A DNA stretch of 64,000 nt from an uncultured SAR86 cluster bacterium (GTDB lineage: Bacteria > Pseudomonadota > Gammaproteobacteria > Magnimaribacterales > AG-339-G14), in assembly GCA_902629465.1 (NCBI GenBank), contig CACOQX010000001.1, forward strand, positions 17,632-81,631, given 5' to 3'. Positions 1 to 10,755 of the stretch are shown piece by piece. A program made the translations under genes and the position numbers. Within the stretch, counting starts at the first letter, position 1. Each line of letters starts with the position of its first letter. The notes beneath the pieces are model-generated. The model saw nothing but the letters and a program-made list of their open reading frames with translations. It did no database searches and was not told the origin of the DNA.

Positions 1-609
1 AGCTCCCAGTAACCAATTAGATATTTCATGTCCTTCATGAGTTGGATACAGTAAGTGAACAAGAAACTGGAAAGAGATGAGAATAAAAAACCAAGAAAAC
101 TTATCAAACTTTTCATAAATCTTATATTGAATAGCATAATGCCAAAGTAAAAGTATAAAGCTTCCGATTAAAAGTCCTGAAGTCACATCCCCTAGGTCGT
201 GCACGCCTAAATACATTCTGCTAAAAGCAACTAACAAGATGAAAGTTATAGCTCCTATTGAGATGAATTTATTTTTAAATTCGTAAGCCAAAAGTCCCCA
301 TAAAGTTACAGCAATTTGAGCATGTCCGCTTGGCCAACCGTAACTAGTCCCAGTCCCTTCGTCCAACATTAAGTCTGCTGGAGGTCTTGGGTCCTGAAAA
401 AGATCTTTCAAAAAACTGTTCACTACTGCAGAAATAAATAGCAGCATTGCAACTCTTGAGAATCTTTGAGGCGACCAAAAAAAATATCCGAACGCTATGA
501 ATAAAAATAAAAAGATTGGGTAACCAGTTAAAGAAATGTTATAAAAAAAGAAATTAAGAAAAGGCGTTCTTATTCCCTCAACCCATGATATGTCATTCCA
601 AACAGACAT
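1..609 (-). CDS. PAP2-family phosphatase (phosphatidic acid / undecaprenyl-PP phosphatase type); C-terminus runs off the window start
   Basis: Absent from the ORF track because it runs off the edge. My own minus-strand translation from ATG 609..607 gives MSVWNDISWVEG... with the three PAP2 motifs KDLFQDPRP, PSGH and SRMYLGVHDLGD, plus several hydrophobic segments. Confidence 0.75.
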   Translation of the reverse strand, partial: MSVWNDISWVEGIRTPFLNFFFYNISLTGYPIFLFLFIAFGYFFWSPQRFSRVAMLLFISAVVNSFLKDLFQDPRPPADLMLDEGTGTSYGWPSGHAQIAVTLWGLLAYEFKNKFISIGAITFILLVAFSRMYLGVHDLGDVTSGLLIGSFILLLWHYAIQYKIYEKFDKFSWFFILISFQFLVHLLYPTHEGHEISNWLLGA

Positions 610-618
610 CTTTTTATT

Positions 619-1428
619 TTAAATGGAATCCCCTCCAAGAACAGCAGGAGTTTCGCAGTAAGTTTTCAAAATATAGTCCCGATGAGCAAGAATTCTGTCG
701 CTCAAAACTTCTTTGATTTCTGGAATCTTGGAATTTGCCTCAAAGAAAAAAAGCATTCCCTCATTCTGTTTGGTTTTTGGCATAATCTCCAAAGAAGCTG
801 GAAGGATTGTCATGCTGATAGTTGACCAGTAGATATCTACAGCAGAAATTTTTTCACCAATTAAATATTTAGAACCTTTTTCTTCCTGTTTTTTCAACTT
901 ATTATCAATCAGACTGATGATTTCTGCCATTTTGCTTGGGGCTTTGGAACTTGCGTCATCACTATAACCATATTTTCTTGCAAGTGGACTGTCCGACAAG
1001 ATTCTCATATTCCAAACAAGTCCATCTTCACCCAAAACTATGGCACACAGTCCAAACATATCTACTCTTTCTTGGTAATTATCTGGAATCAAATGGATGC
1101 TATCCGAAGAACCAATCTCTTCCGCTAAAGCAAGTTGCTCTATCCAAACGTTTCTAGGACGCTCTTCATCATGAAACATCGTAGGTAAAGATTTTTGACT
1201 GGTGAGTTCGTAAAGCCTAGCTTGACGATCTTTGCCAGTTTTTTTATCAATTCCCATAAAGGGGTGTAAAACTCTTGTGATTTTTATTTTTTTAACATAA
1301 CAGATATTTTTTAATGCTTCTGCATAAATTGCCTGAATTCCTGGAACAAATGTAATTCTCGTTCCTTCTTTCATTTTTGCAGCTTCATCAAGTGAAATGA
1401 ATTCTGGTGATGTAGTTTTTTTAGTCAT
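619..1428 (-). CDS. glutathione S-transferase-like protein (family-level guess)
   Basis: 269-aa ORF. The C-terminal half resembles a GST-C helical domain (KYLIGEKISAVDIYW). I cannot name a diagnostic motif. Confidence 0.4.
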   Translation of the reverse strand: MTKKTTSPEFISLDEAAKMKEGTRITFVPGIQAIYAEALKNICYVKKIKITRVLHPFMGIDKKTGKDRQARLYELTSQKSLPTMFHDEERPRNVWIEQLALAEEIGSSDSIHLIPDNYQERVDMFGLCAIVLGEDGLVWNMRILSDSPLARKYGYSDDASSKAPSKMAEIISLIDNKLKKQEEKGSKYLIGEKISAVDIYWSTISMTILPASLEIMPKTKQNEGMLFFFEANSKIPEIKEVLSDRILAHRDYILKTYCETPAVLGGDSI

Positions 1429-1555
1429 ATGCTCTCCCTGATATGTCTAAAGTTAAATTAAACAATTTAGGAATTTTTTACAAGACAAAGACTCTTAGTT
1501 ACTCATTATTTTTTGTGTATAGTACTTTTGAAAATTAACATTTTAGGAAAATATT

Positions 1556-2278
1556 GTGATTGAGTTAGAGAAAAAAGAATCTATTTATCATTTGAGTATG
1601 AACGCGGGCGAAAACCGTTGGAATACTACTTTTGTGAGAAAGTTTGCCGAAGCATTGGATGAAATTGAAAAAGATGAGGGTCCGGGAGCATTAATAACAT
1701 CTTCTAAAGATCCTAAATTCTTTTCAAATGGGTTGGATCTTGACTGGATGCAAAATCCAGAAGACTATCCTGAAAGTGGAGACAGAGAAGTTTTTGGTGA
1801 AGAATTTATGTACTTAATGGGAAGAATTATTACTTTACCAATCCCAAGCATTTGTGTGGTCAATGGTCATGCTTTTGGCGCAGGTTTTATGTTGGCTCTC
1901 TCGCATGATATTAGATTGATGAGAGAGGATCGAGGATTCCTTTGCGCAAATGAAATGCAACTAGGATTTAAAATTCCAAGGCCAGAATTAGCTCTGTTTA
2001 GACATAAAATTCCCGCGAATTCATTTTTTGAGACCGTTCAATTGTCCAAACGCTGGACAGGAGAAGCTGCTTTTGCAGCTGGAATTGTTCAAGGTAAAGG
2101 TTCTTTTGAAGAATTACCTGAGATAGCAATTAAAAAAGCAGAAGAATTGGCACCTCTAGCAAAAGATAGAAAACATTATGCAGCTCAAAAAGAAATGCTT
2201 TATGGAGAAAATGCAGCAATTAATCTAAACCATGGGCCGGCACATATGTTAAAGAATTCAAAAGAATTTGAACTTTAA
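1556..2278 (+). CDS. enoyl-CoA hydratase/isomerase (crotonase) family protein
   Basis: GTG start. VNGHAFGAGFMLALSHDIRLM is typical of the crotonase oxyanion-hole region. Confidence 0.8.
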   Translation: MIELEKKESIYHLSMNAGENRWNTTFVRKFAEALDEIEKDEGPGALITSSKDPKFFSNGLDLDWMQNPEDYPESGDREVFGEEFMYLMGRIITLPIPSICVVNGHAFGAGFMLALSHDIRLMREDRGFLCANEMQLGFKIPRPELALFRHKIPANSFFETVQLSKRWTGEAAFAAGIVQGKGSFEELPEIAIKKAEELAPLAKDRKHYAAQKEMLYGENAAINLNHGPAHMLKNSKEFEL

Positions 2279-2315
2279 TTAAAACTACTTCTTTTCAATT
2301 AACTTAAGAATGATA

Positions 2316-2927
2316 TTAGTCTTCGGGATATTTACACATTCTTTTAGCTCGAGTTTCTCCACCATCAACGAAAGTAAAGATCATATCTTCACCATCCATT
2401 CTTCGAGACACAGTATCAAACAAGTTAAATAATCTAAAAGTCATAACTTCGTCTCTAAAAAGAATGGCAGAGTTAAAGTTTTCACAAACTGGGCCAACAT
2501 CTCTTGCCCCATTTCTCAACGTTCCATCTAGACGAAAATCATGAATTAAATTATGGCCAGTCACTACGACACGATTCCCACATTGTTCAATTCTTTCTAA
2601 GAAACCTTTACGGCCTGATACGCCATGCCACAAACCTCTCATATCCACTATTCCTTCAGCCAAAGGCTCTGAGCATTCAGCCAAAATTGGCATCGGCACT
2701 TGAGAATAACCGCATCCCGGAGTGTAAGCTTTGGGGATATCATCAGCTGCCTTGGCAGAGCCATCAAGCTTCGGTAAAACGCAATAATTAACTGTTTTGC
2801 CATCTTTCAAGAAAATTGACGGGTCTGTTGTATCTAAAGGTCTTGGTAATAAAAATGCATAAACCATTAAAGAAGCAACTAAAAAAAGGAATATGCCAAT
2901 AAAGAGTAAAGATAATCTAAAAAACAC
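2316..2927 (-). CDS. hypothetical membrane-anchored protein
   Basis: 203-aa ORF with an N-terminal hydrophobic anchor (LSLLFIGIFLFLVASLMVYAFLL) followed by a Cys-containing soluble domain. No family recognised. Confidence 0.5.
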   Translation of the reverse strand: MFFRLSLLFIGIFLFLVASLMVYAFLLPRPLDTTDPSIFLKDGKTVNYCVLPKLDGSAKAADDIPKAYTPGCGYSQVPMPILAECSEPLAEGIVDMRGLWHGVSGRKGFLERIEQCGNRVVVTGHNLIHDFRLDGTLRNGARDVGPVCENFNSAILFRDEVMTFRLFNLFDTVSRRMDGEDMIFTFVDGGETRAKRMCKYPED

Positions 2928-3009
2928 CGAAAATTATATATAGATAAAATAATCTTTTAATGCAACGATTATAGTCTTAATTCTATAAGTTTCATGTAAT
3001 ATAAGTGTT

Positions 3010-3438
3010 ATGAAAAGATTTGTAATAGTTAGTAAGTTAAATACTATTATTCATTCACTGAGTAGCTTCGGTTTATCCATTGTCTATACTATAGGTCACG
3101 TATTTATTTCTTGGGTATGTGCCTCTCTGATTTTTAACGTAGATTTCCTTCTCGCATCAGCAGATGCAATTATAGAGCCTATAATAAATGGCTTCTGGTT
3201 TTATCTTCTTCATAAGTTTGCCCACGATAAATTGAGACCCACTGTTCTGGCAGTTGTTTATACTATAGGTCACTTTAGTATTGCCTCAATGTGGAGCTAT
3301 ACTTTTTTAAATGTAGCTCTTAACCTTGCAGTCTTAGATGCAATTATCGAACCGATATTAAATGGTTTCTGGTTTTTCGCTCTATTGTATTATTGGAATC
3401 TTCAAGATAGATCTGATAATCGATTTGTTAACGGCTAA
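3010..3438 (+). CDS. small integral membrane protein built from two tandem ~58-aa repeats (possibly DUF2061-like)
   Basis: 142 aa. The pattern VYTIGH...DAIIEPI(I/L)NGFWF occurs twice, and a DNA-level repeat is visible. Confidence 0.6.
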   Translation: MKRFVIVSKLNTIIHSLSSFGLSIVYTIGHVFISWVCASLIFNVDFLLASADAIIEPIINGFWFYLLHKFAHDKLRPTVLAVVYTIGHFSIASMWSYTFLNVALNLAVLDAIIEPILNGFWFFALLYYWNLQDRSDNRFVNG

Positions 3439-3495
3439 CAATAAGCTCCAAGCTTCAATTCTTGCCTAAAATAACCGTTTTTATAAATTTACTAA

Positions 3496-4344
3496 GTGGA
3501 AAAAAAGAAGAAAGCTCTAATTGTTGAAGGAGGCGGCCAAAGAGGTGTGTTTTCTTTCGGAATAACTGATACGTTTATTAAAAAAAATTATGATCCATTT
3601 GATATTTATATTGGTGTATCAAATGGCGTAGCTGTTCTTTACTGGTATTTAATAAGAGAAACAGAAAATAATTTAGATAAAATGCTCTACGCCGCTTCAG
3701 GTGATTATTTTAGTTATAAAAATATTTTCAATGGTAAAGATATATTCAATATTCATAAGATGTACAAAGATGGTGAAAAAATTTTTAAACCAGATGTTGA
3801 AAAAATAAAAAATAACTTAAATAAAAAAAAATATATTTCAGTAGTGACAGATGCGACAGAAGCAAATGCTGAATATTACTCTTTTGAAGATAAAGAATGG
3901 ATGCAGAAAATGATTGCCTCTGGAACTTTGCCCATATTGGTAAGAACGCCAAGCTTAATAAATGGCCGTAGGAAATTTGATGGAGGCATCACTGATCCTT
4001 TACCTGTGGAAAAAGCTTATGAAATGGGAGCTAAAAAAATAATTGTAATAAGAACATATGAAAAAGAATTCAGAAGAAAGCTGAAAATTGAAAACTACAT
4101 TGGTGCTTTACTGTCTCAAGGATATCCTAAATTGAGAAGAGCATTACTAAATCATGATAAAACATATAATAAAGCTCTAGATTTCATTAACAATCCTCCG
4201 AAAGATTGTGAAATTGTTCAATTGTGTCCTCCTGAAAAACTTAAGACAAAAAGAGATTCAAAAAATATTGAGCTTTTAAAAGGAGATTACGAAGAAGGAA
4301 AAAAAGTTGCTGAAAAATATTTAAAAGGATTAGCGAAACTATAA
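3496..4344 (+). CDS. patatin-like phospholipase
   Basis: GTG start. Contains GGGQRG (oxyanion hole), GVSNG (GxSxG nucleophile) and FDGGITDP (catalytic Asp). Confidence 0.8.
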   Translation: MEKKKKALIVEGGGQRGVFSFGITDTFIKKNYDPFDIYIGVSNGVAVLYWYLIRETENNLDKMLYAASGDYFSYKNIFNGKDIFNIHKMYKDGEKIFKPDVEKIKNNLNKKKYISVVTDATEANAEYYSFEDKEWMQKMIASGTLPILVRTPSLINGRRKFDGGITDPLPVEKAYEMGAKKIIVIRTYEKEFRRKLKIENYIGALLSQGYPKLRRALLNHDKTYNKALDFINNPPKDCEIVQLCPPEKLKTKRDSKNIELLKGDYEEGKKVAEKYLKGLAKL

Positions 4345-4347
4345 AAC

Positions 4348-4390
4348 AAGTTTTTTATTTATAAAGTTTCGATTGATAAAAAACTTTTTT
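4348..4390. terminator. AT-rich hairpin between convergent genes; possible bidirectional terminator
   Basis: Perfect 11-bp inverted repeat aagttttttat (4348-4358) / ataaaaaactt (4376-4386) with a 17-nt loop, followed by a T run on the + strand. The stem is all A/T except one pair. Confidence 0.35.
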
Positions 4391-4401
4391 ATCTTCGTAA
4401 G

Positions 4402-5478
4402 TTACTTCCCTACAAATCCAGGCCATGCCCCCATGTATTCTATGAATTTTTCGCTTAGGCCCTCTTTATTTAAATGAGCTTTTGAAACTGGAAGTTCTAT
4501 AGGTTCAAACTTTGGATTTTCCATCACCTTCAATGGAAAATCATGATGAAGAATAGCTGCCCTACCTATAGTTACAAAATCAACTTTGTTATTTAGAACC
4601 TTGTGAACATTTTCACCAGTTCTTATATTTCCCGCTACCGTTAACATAACATCTTTAAAATCAAGTTCCGTAAAATGTTCCAGTAAATTTTTTCCTTGAT
4701 GTTCTTCTTCTACAGGTTCTTTAAAAGAGTCCCAAAGTGACATATCCAAAAAATCGATTTTGTTAGTCTCAATAAGTTTTTTACAGACTTTTTTTGTTTC
4801 TCCCAATTTAATTCCAAATCTTTCCGCGGATAACCTAACTCCTAGTAGAAATTCAGAACCGCATTTATCTCTAATGCCGTCAATTATCTCAAAAATTATT
4901 CTAGACCTGTTTTCTAAATTTCCTCCATATTCATCGTCTCTTTTGTTGATATCAGAGCTTAAAAATTGACAAAGAATGTATCCATGAGCTCCGTGAATTT
5001 CTGCTCCCTCATACCCTGCTTTTTTAGCTCTAACCCCTGCCTCAATAAAGTCATCTCTTAATCTTTTGACTTCATCTATCGACAAGGCTCTTGAGTTTGT
5101 TTCCTCATCATCTGATGGACAGACAGGCTGTTCACCTATGATGTCCTCTGGCGACCTCATTCCAGCATGATGGAGTTGGGCGACAGCCAAACTATCATGA
5201 GATTTGATTTCATCAGTTAATCTTTTTAATCCTTCTATGTGTTCGTCTGCAAAAATACCCAATTGACCGGGAAAGCCTTTCCCAATTGCCTGCACGTGAG
5301 AAGCGCATGACATGGTTAATCCAAAATTTCCTTTGGCTCTCATAGTTAACCAGTTGTATTCCTCATCTGAAAGTTTTCCGTTTTCATAACTTTGAGTGTT
5401 TGTTAACGGAGCAAGCATAAACCTATTTTTCATAGTCAAGCCGCATGGAAATTTAATTTGATCGTTTAAATTTTTCAT
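4402..5478 (-). CDS. NADH:flavin oxidoreductase, Old Yellow Enzyme family
   Basis: 358 aa. Has the OYE-like N-terminus (FMLAPLTN), HGAHGYILCQFLS and a TIM-barrel FMN oxidoreductase pattern. Confidence 0.85.
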   Translation of the reverse strand: MKNLNDQIKFPCGLTMKNRFMLAPLTNTQSYENGKLSDEEYNWLTMRAKGNFGLTMSCASHVQAIGKGFPGQLGIFADEHIEGLKRLTDEIKSHDSLAVAQLHHAGMRSPEDIIGEQPVCPSDDEETNSRALSIDEVKRLRDDFIEAGVRAKKAGYEGAEIHGAHGYILCQFLSSDINKRDDEYGGNLENRSRIIFEIIDGIRDKCGSEFLLGVRLSAERFGIKLGETKKVCKKLIETNKIDFLDMSLWDSFKEPVEEEHQGKNLLEHFTELDFKDVMLTVAGNIRTGENVHKVLNNKVDFVTIGRAAILHHDFPLKVMENPKFEPIELPVSKAHLNKEGLSEKFIEYMGAWPGFVGK

Positions 5479-5529
5479 AGTTTGACTCCTTTTAAACGAT
5501 ACCTTTTAAGATAAAGTCCTTTATTATTA

Positions 5530-5880
5530 CTAATCATGACTAGCCCCATCTACTAAACCTATATGGATATTATCAGGCAAATCTAAGTCATCTAAACAAG
5601 CAAAATTGACTGCTATTTGATCTGGATATCTTCTTCTCTTGTGATGAGTATAAACTCCGCAAAGTTTACAAAAATAATGCTCAGCAATATTTTTATTCCA
5701 TTTATATAAACCTAAATTTTCGTCACCTTCCAATAAAGTAAATAATTCTTGAGATACCGGTTTCATTACAATAGATTTCTTTCTGCATAATGAGCAATTA
5801 CATCTATATAAATCCTCATAAGCGTTCTCAGCCTCTATTTGAAAACGAACTTTCTTACAGTGACAAGATCCTATAAACAT
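5530..5880 (-). CDS. GFA/CENP-V family zinc-binding protein (glutathione-dependent formaldehyde-activating enzyme-like)
   Basis: 116 aa with Cys clusters CHCKKVRF, CNCSLCRKK and FCKLCGV. Confidence 0.75.
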   Translation of the reverse strand: MFIGSCHCKKVRFQIEAENAYEDLYRCNCSLCRKKSIVMKPVSQELFTLLEGDENLGLYKWNKNIAEHYFCKLCGVYTHHKRRRYPDQIAVNFACLDDLDLPDNIHIGLVDGASHD

Positions 5881-6006
5881 TTACTAATCTTTCAAGACAC
5901 AAACTTTACGAACCTTTGAACTTACAAGCAAATTTTTTAGATGGATTGAAACAGTTAACATAAAAGTATATTTTGAAGCACATAAATATTTGTGCCCTTC
6001 ACTTTT

Positions 6007-6468
6007 TTAAAGAGACTGTCTCATTTCTTCTCCAATTTTTAAGAAACCATATTTTTCGTAAAAAGTCTGATTGTGTTTGGTAGATTCAAGCAGATAAAGC
6101 CCAAATTCTTTACAGCCCCTCTTCTTAGCTAATGTAAGAGTTTCTTCGATTAACATTCCGCCAACATTCTTTCCTCTAGCATCTTGATCAACAACTAACT
6201 CCTCCAATTGGCAGTATTCTCCGTTGTATCTAAGCGCAAGGTTGAAGGAAATGGATGCCATACCAAGAATTTTTCCATTTTCCTCCGCAATAATTAAACT
6301 GCCTCTCTCATTAGAAATTAATTTACTAAAAGTTTCTGAATCAAAAACTTCATATGAATCTGATGTAACTTCTGATGTAGCTGTAGCCAAAACATTGAGA
6401 AGCTCTGAACATCTTCGATGGTCTTCTGGTTTAGCAAGTCTTATATTCACACTCATGCTCATTCCCAC
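6007..6468 (-). CDS. GNAT-family N-acetyltransferase
   Basis: 153 aa with the acetyl-CoA binding region LVVDQDARGKNVGGMLIE. Its start overlaps the guaA stop by 10 nt. Confidence 0.75.
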   Translation of the reverse strand: MGMSMSVNIRLAKPEDHRRCSELLNVLATATSEVTSDSYEVFDSETFSKLISNERGSLIIAEENGKILGMASISFNLALRYNGEYCQLEELVVDQDARGKNVGGMLIEETLTLAKKRGCKEFGLYLLESTKHNQTFYEKYGFLKIGEEMRQSL

Positions 6469-8012
6469 TCAATAGTAGCTGGTGGTTTGCTAGAAATATC
6501 ATAAACAACTCTTGAAACCTTCGGAATTTCATTAATTATCCTGTCAGAAACTTTATTCAATAAATTGTGGTTGAGTTGGGAAGCTTTTGCCGTCATAAAA
6601 TCAATGGTCTCTGCAGCTCTTAAAGCAATCACGTATTCATAGCGCCTAGCATCACCTACTACACCGACGCTTTTGATTGGTAAAAATACCGCAAATGCTT
6701 GGCTTACTTTGTCATATAGATTTGCCGAAGACAGCTCTTCCATAAAGATATAATCTGCTTCCCTTAAAATGTCTAATTTTTCTTTCGTAATCTCTCCGAT
6801 TGTTCTTACTGCTAAGCCAGGACCTGGAAAAGGATGTCTACCGATCAAAGACTTTGGTAAGCCCAATGAAAGACCTATTTTTCTTACCTCGTCTTTGAAT
6901 AAAGAATTTAAAGGCTCTACCAAAGGTAACTTTAAGTAGGATGGCAAACCGCCAACATTGTGGTGAGATTTAATCACATGCGCCTTTCCACCTTTGATGC
7001 CAGAAGATTCAATTACATCGGGATAGATAGTGCCTTGCGCTAAAAATGAGACATCCTTAATTTTTTTTGCTTCCTTCAAAAAGACATCAATAAAATTTTT
7101 TCCTATTACTTTTCTTTTTTCTTCAGGATTTTTTTTACCTTTTAAGTTTTTAAGGAAAAATTTTTCAGAATCGGAAAAATGAATATTTATTTTTAAAGCC
7201 TTTTTTAAATCTTTAAGAACTTGTTTGGCTTCGTCTTTTCTTAACAAACCATTATCAACGAAAATACATTCCAATTGCTTACCAATCGCCTTTGATAAAA
7301 GCGCAGCAACCACTGAAGAATCAACTCCGCCAGAAATACCCAATAATACTTTTTTCTTACCTACTTGTTTTTTTATATCTTCAACAAGTTTTTCGACTAT
7401 ATTTTTTGGTCTCCATTTAGCCTGACAGCCGCATATTTCTCTGACAAAAGTTTTTAAAATTTGAGCGCCCTTTTCGGTATGTGTTACCTCTGGATGAAAC
7501 TGTAAGCCATATTTTTTTATTAAATTGTTTTCAAAAGCTGCAATTGGACTGTTTTTAGAGGAAGCAACTTTTTTAAAATTTTTGGGTAATTTAGTTACTT
7601 TGTCGCCATGGCTCATCCAAACATTAAGTGTAGAGATTTTGATATCTTGAAATAACTTACTTTTATTCAATTTAATTTCAGCATGGCCAAATTCTCTTTT
7701 CTTTGAAGTGTTTACTAAACCCCTAAAATGTTTTGACATGAGTTGCATGCCATAACAAATTCCTAAAACAGGTATTTCACTTTCTAAAATTTTAGGATCA
7801 ACTTTAAGGGTATTTTTTGCATTCACTGACTCTGGACCTCCAGAGACAATAATGCCTTTAGGATTAGCTTTAATAATGTTTCTATAAGGGGTATTGCAAG
7901 ACAGAATTTCGGAATAAACCCCAAGTTCTCTGATACGCCTAGCAATCAATTGAGTATATTGTGAACCACAATCCAGAATAATTATTTTTTCTGAATCAAT
8001 AGCGCTATTCAC
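6459..8012 (-). CDS. guaA: GMP synthase (glutamine-hydrolysing)
   Basis: 517 aa. Has a GATase domain (GICYGMQLM), the PP-loop SGGVDSSV and a C-terminus ending ATIEWE. Confidence 0.97.
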   Translation of the reverse strand: MNSAIDSEKIIILDCGSQYTQLIARRIRELGVYSEILSCNTPYRNIIKANPKGIIVSGGPESVNAKNTLKVDPKILESEIPVLGICYGMQLMSKHFRGLVNTSKKREFGHAEIKLNKSKLFQDIKISTLNVWMSHGDKVTKLPKNFKKVASSKNSPIAAFENNLIKKYGLQFHPEVTHTEKGAQILKTFVREICGCQAKWRPKNIVEKLVEDIKKQVGKKKVLLGISGGVDSSVVAALLSKAIGKQLECIFVDNGLLRKDEAKQVLKDLKKALKINIHFSDSEKFFLKNLKGKKNPEEKRKVIGKNFIDVFLKEAKKIKDVSFLAQGTIYPDVIESSGIKGGKAHVIKSHHNVGGLPSYLKLPLVEPLNSLFKDEVRKIGLSLGLPKSLIGRHPFPGPGLAVRTIGEITKEKLDILREADYIFMEELSSANLYDKVSQAFAVFLPIKSVGVVGDARRYEYVIALRAAETIDFMTAKASQLNHNLLNKVSDRIINEIPKVSRVVYDISSKPPATIEWE

Positions 8013-8014
8013 TT

Positions 8015-9484
8015 TTAACTTATTCTGTAATTTGGTGCTTCTTTTGTGACACTCACATCATGAACATGACTTTCATTTATTCCTGCTGAAGTAATCTGCA
8101 CAAATTTTGTTTTGGTTCTCATTGCTTTGACGTTTTTGCTTCCTGTGTAACCCATGCTTTGTCTTAAACCGCCAAGCATTTGATGAATAGTAGTTTCTAC
8201 CCAACCTTTATAAGGGACTCTGCCTTCGATTCCTTCTGGCACTAGTTTGTCAGAACTCGAAACATCATCTTGAAAGTATCGATCTCCAGAATTTGTCTCT
8301 CCAGACATAGCTCCAACCGAACCCATGCCTCTGTATGATTTATAACTTCTACCTTGAAAAAGTTCAACCTGTCCTGGGGCTTCTTCTGTTCCAGCCAATA
8401 TACTTCCTAACATCACTGTACTTGCTCCTGCAGCAATAGCTTTGGCAATATCCCCAGAAAATCTAATCCCGCCATCAGCAATGACTGGAATATTCTTCTT
8501 GCCAATGGCTTTGACTACATTTGCAATAGCAGAAATCTGAGGTACACCAACGCCAGTTACTATTCTGGTCGTACAAATCGATCCGGGACCTATTCCGACT
8601 TTAATGGCATCGGCACCTGCCTTGATTAAGTCTAAAGCACCATCACCCGTGGCGACGTTTCCCCCAATGACTTGAACACCTTTATTCATTTTCTTAATTC
8701 TTCGAACTCGATTAATAATGCCTTTGGAATGACCATGAGCACTATCAACAACGAGGACATCAACGCCTGCTTCAACAAGCGCATCCACTCTCTCATCGGT
8801 TTCTTCCCCATTACCTACGGCAGCTCCTACGAGAAGTCTGCCCTCGGTATCTTTTGAGGCTAAAGGAAAATCCTTATTTTTATTTATATCTTTCAAAGTT
8901 ACGAGACCTTTTAAGGTGAAACTTTTATCAACCAATAAGATTTTTTCTATTCTATTTTTATAAAGGAGGTTTTTTATAATATCTAATTTAGCGTCTTCCT
9001 CTGCAGTGACCAAACGTTTTTTTGGCGTCATGATGGATTCTACTGGAGCTGATAAATCAGAGACATTACGAAAATCTCTGGAAGTCACAATGCCAACTAG
9101 ATCGCCATCATTTACGACAGGCATGCCTGAAATATTCAAGTCTTGCGTAAGTTTGATTAATTCCCCAACACTTTTTTTAGAGGAAATGGTAATTGGGTCT
9201 CTTACCACTCCGCTTTCAAATTTTTTAACCAAAGAAACTTCTTTTGCTTGATCAGCAATAGATATATTTTTATGAATTATTCCAATTCCACCTAATTCCG
9301 CTAAGGCAATTGACATTCTACTTTCGGTTACCGTATCCATAGCTGCGGATACTATTGGGATTTTTAAATTAACCTGTTTGGTTAATTTTGTGCTTAAATC
9401 GGTTTCTTGAGGAAGGACGCTAGAATATTGCGGTACCAAAAGTACATCGTCGAAGGTCAAAGCTTGCTCTTCAATACGCAACAT
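8015..9484 (-). CDS. guaB: IMP dehydrogenase
   Basis: Start moved to ATG 9484 ([18 protein letters not shown]), giving 489 aa. Has a CBS pair and catalytic [11 protein letters not shown]. Confidence 0.97.
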   Translation of the reverse strand: MLRIEEQALTFDDVLLVPQYSSVLPQETDLSTKLTKQVNLKIPIVSAAMDTVTESRMSIALAELGGIGIIHKNISIADQAKEVSLVKKFESGVVRDPITISSKKSVGELIKLTQDLNISGMPVVNDGDLVGIVTSRDFRNVSDLSAPVESIMTPKKRLVTAEEDAKLDIIKNLLYKNRIEKILLVDKSFTLKGLVTLKDINKNKDFPLASKDTEGRLLVGAAVGNGEETDERVDALVEAGVDVLVVDSAHGHSKGIINRVRRIKKMNKGVQVIGGNVATGDGALDLIKAGADAIKVGIGPGSICTTRIVTGVGVPQISAIANVVKAIGKKNIPVIADGGIRFSGDIAKAIAAGASTVMLGSILAGTEEAPGQVELFQGRSYKSYRGMGSVGAMSGETNSGDRYFQDDVSSSDKLVPEGIEGRVPYKGWVETTIHQMLGGLRQSMGYTGSKNVKAMRTKTKFVQITSAGINESHVHDVSVTKEAPNYRIS

Positions 9485-9531
9485 TTTCAAATTATACAGA
9501 AAGAAAACAAAAAACAAAGTTACCCTAAAAA

Positions 9532-10755
9532 ATGAAGTTTAAAGGCTGGCAAATGGTTTATACCGGGATGATGATGGAATTCTCTGTAGTAGGCTTCATT
9601 TTTTATTGCTTTCCTTTGATGTTTAACGCCTTAGAGAGGGATTTAGGTGCTTCACAATCTCAACTTTCAGGTGCTTTGTCTCTTTGGTTTATAAGTTCTG
9701 CCGTAGCTTCAATTTTTCTTGGAAGATTATTAGATAAATTTTCCATAAAAAAAATAATGATGATTGGGGGAATAATTTTCAGTCTTGGGTTATTTTCCAT
9801 TTCCTTTGTTCAAAGCAGCTTTAGCCTGCTGTTAATCTATGCAACATTGCTTGCTATTGGTGGACCTGCTTTAGGAAATCTTTCTGTTACAAAATTAGTT
9901 GCTAATTGGTTTGAAAGTAATGCCGGCATGGCTCTCGGAATAGCTGCTATTGGTATATCCTTTTCTGGAGTGGTCTTGCCAATTTTAGTTGATCCGCTTA
10001 TCGAAATGATAGGTTGGCGAAACGTTTATATGGTTTTTGGCTTGATAGTAATTTTTTTATTGATTCCAACTGTTAGATATTTCGTAATCGATTCTCCTGA
10101 AGAGATTGGTCAATACAAAGATAATCTTCCTGATCAACCTGCCTTAGATTCTTCTCAAGATTTGATGGAAATAAAGGATTTTTTCAAACATGGCATTTTT
10201 TGGATTATCTCTCTTGCTTTTGCTTTTCAGTTTTTGGCAATGGGAGGAGTTTTACTTCACTTACCTTTGCATTCAGAAAATCAAGGCTTTCTAGGTACTT
10301 GGGCCATTTTAGGTTTTCCTATAAAACAGACTGTCTTCGCATACTCTTTTGCAGCCTTTGGTGGTGTGGTTGGTAAAGTTTTCTTTGGCTATCTCATGGA
10401 TAGATTAAATCCAAATATTCCTGTGATGATCATGATGGCAATGCAATCAATTGGAATCTTTGGTTTAACTTTGATTGATAATTATCTTGTCTTCACAATT
10501 TTTTGTTTTGTTTTTGGTTTAGGATTTGGTGGCGCTATGGTTCTTATGAGCGCTTGTTTTCTGAAAGCTTTTGGTTCACAAAATCTAGGCTCTGTTAGAG
10601 GAGTATCGGCGTTATTAATCGTACCTGTCCAACCCATAGGTATGGTTTTGGTAGGTACAGCTTTTGATTTAAACCTTTATATTGAGTCCTTCTTGTTGAT
10701 GGGAGCAGTTACACTAATTGGTTTTGCGATTGGTTCGAGAATAATTATTCGCTAA
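9532..10755 (+). CDS. MFS transporter
   Basis: 407 aa with about 12 hydrophobic segments and a central hydrophilic loop. The 3' end overlaps the convergent PCD gene by 11 nt. Confidence 0.8.
   Translation: MKFKGWQMVYTGMMMEFSVVGFIFYCFPLMFNALERDLGASQSQLSGALSLWFISSAVASIFLGRLLDKFSIKKIMMIGGIIFSLGLFSISFVQSSFSLLLIYATLLAIGGPALGNLSVTKLVANWFESNAGMALGIAAIGISFSGVVLPILVDPLIEMIGWRNVYMVFGLIVIFLLIPTVRYFVIDSPEEIGQYKDNLPDQPALDSSQDLMEIKDFFKHGIFWIISLAFAFQFLAMGGVLLHLPLHSENQGFLGTWAILGFPIKQTVFAYSFAAFGGVVGKVFFGYLMDRLNPNIPVMIMMAMQSIGIFGLTLIDNYLVFTIFCFVFGLGFGGAMVLMSACFLKAFGSQNLGSVRGVSALLIVPVQPIGMVLVGTAFDLNLYIESFLLMGAVTLIGFAIGSRIIIR

Noticed and set aside
5975-6008. Hairpin GAAGCACA-TAAATATT-TGTGCCCTTC followed by T6, in the 126-bp gap between the GNAT and GFA genes. 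A 25-codon Cys-containing mini-ORF also lies on the minus strand in this gap.
   Set aside because: The U-tract is on the plus strand while both flanking genes are on the minus strand. The stem is short (5+3 bp with a bulge). The mini-ORF has no RBS and nothing that can be checked for conservation here. Not enough for a terminator, sRNA or leader-peptide call.
9485-9517. N-terminal extensions proposed by the ORF track: guaB (to 9517), photolyase (TTG at 20082), secreted protein (to 22279), DUF35 (TTG 30950), thiolase (31386), GT4 (38289) and uvrC (62093).
   Set aside because: Internal starts give N-termini that match the conserved family starts and/or follow a visible Shine-Dalgarno sequence. 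The extensions add hydrophobic or unconserved residues.
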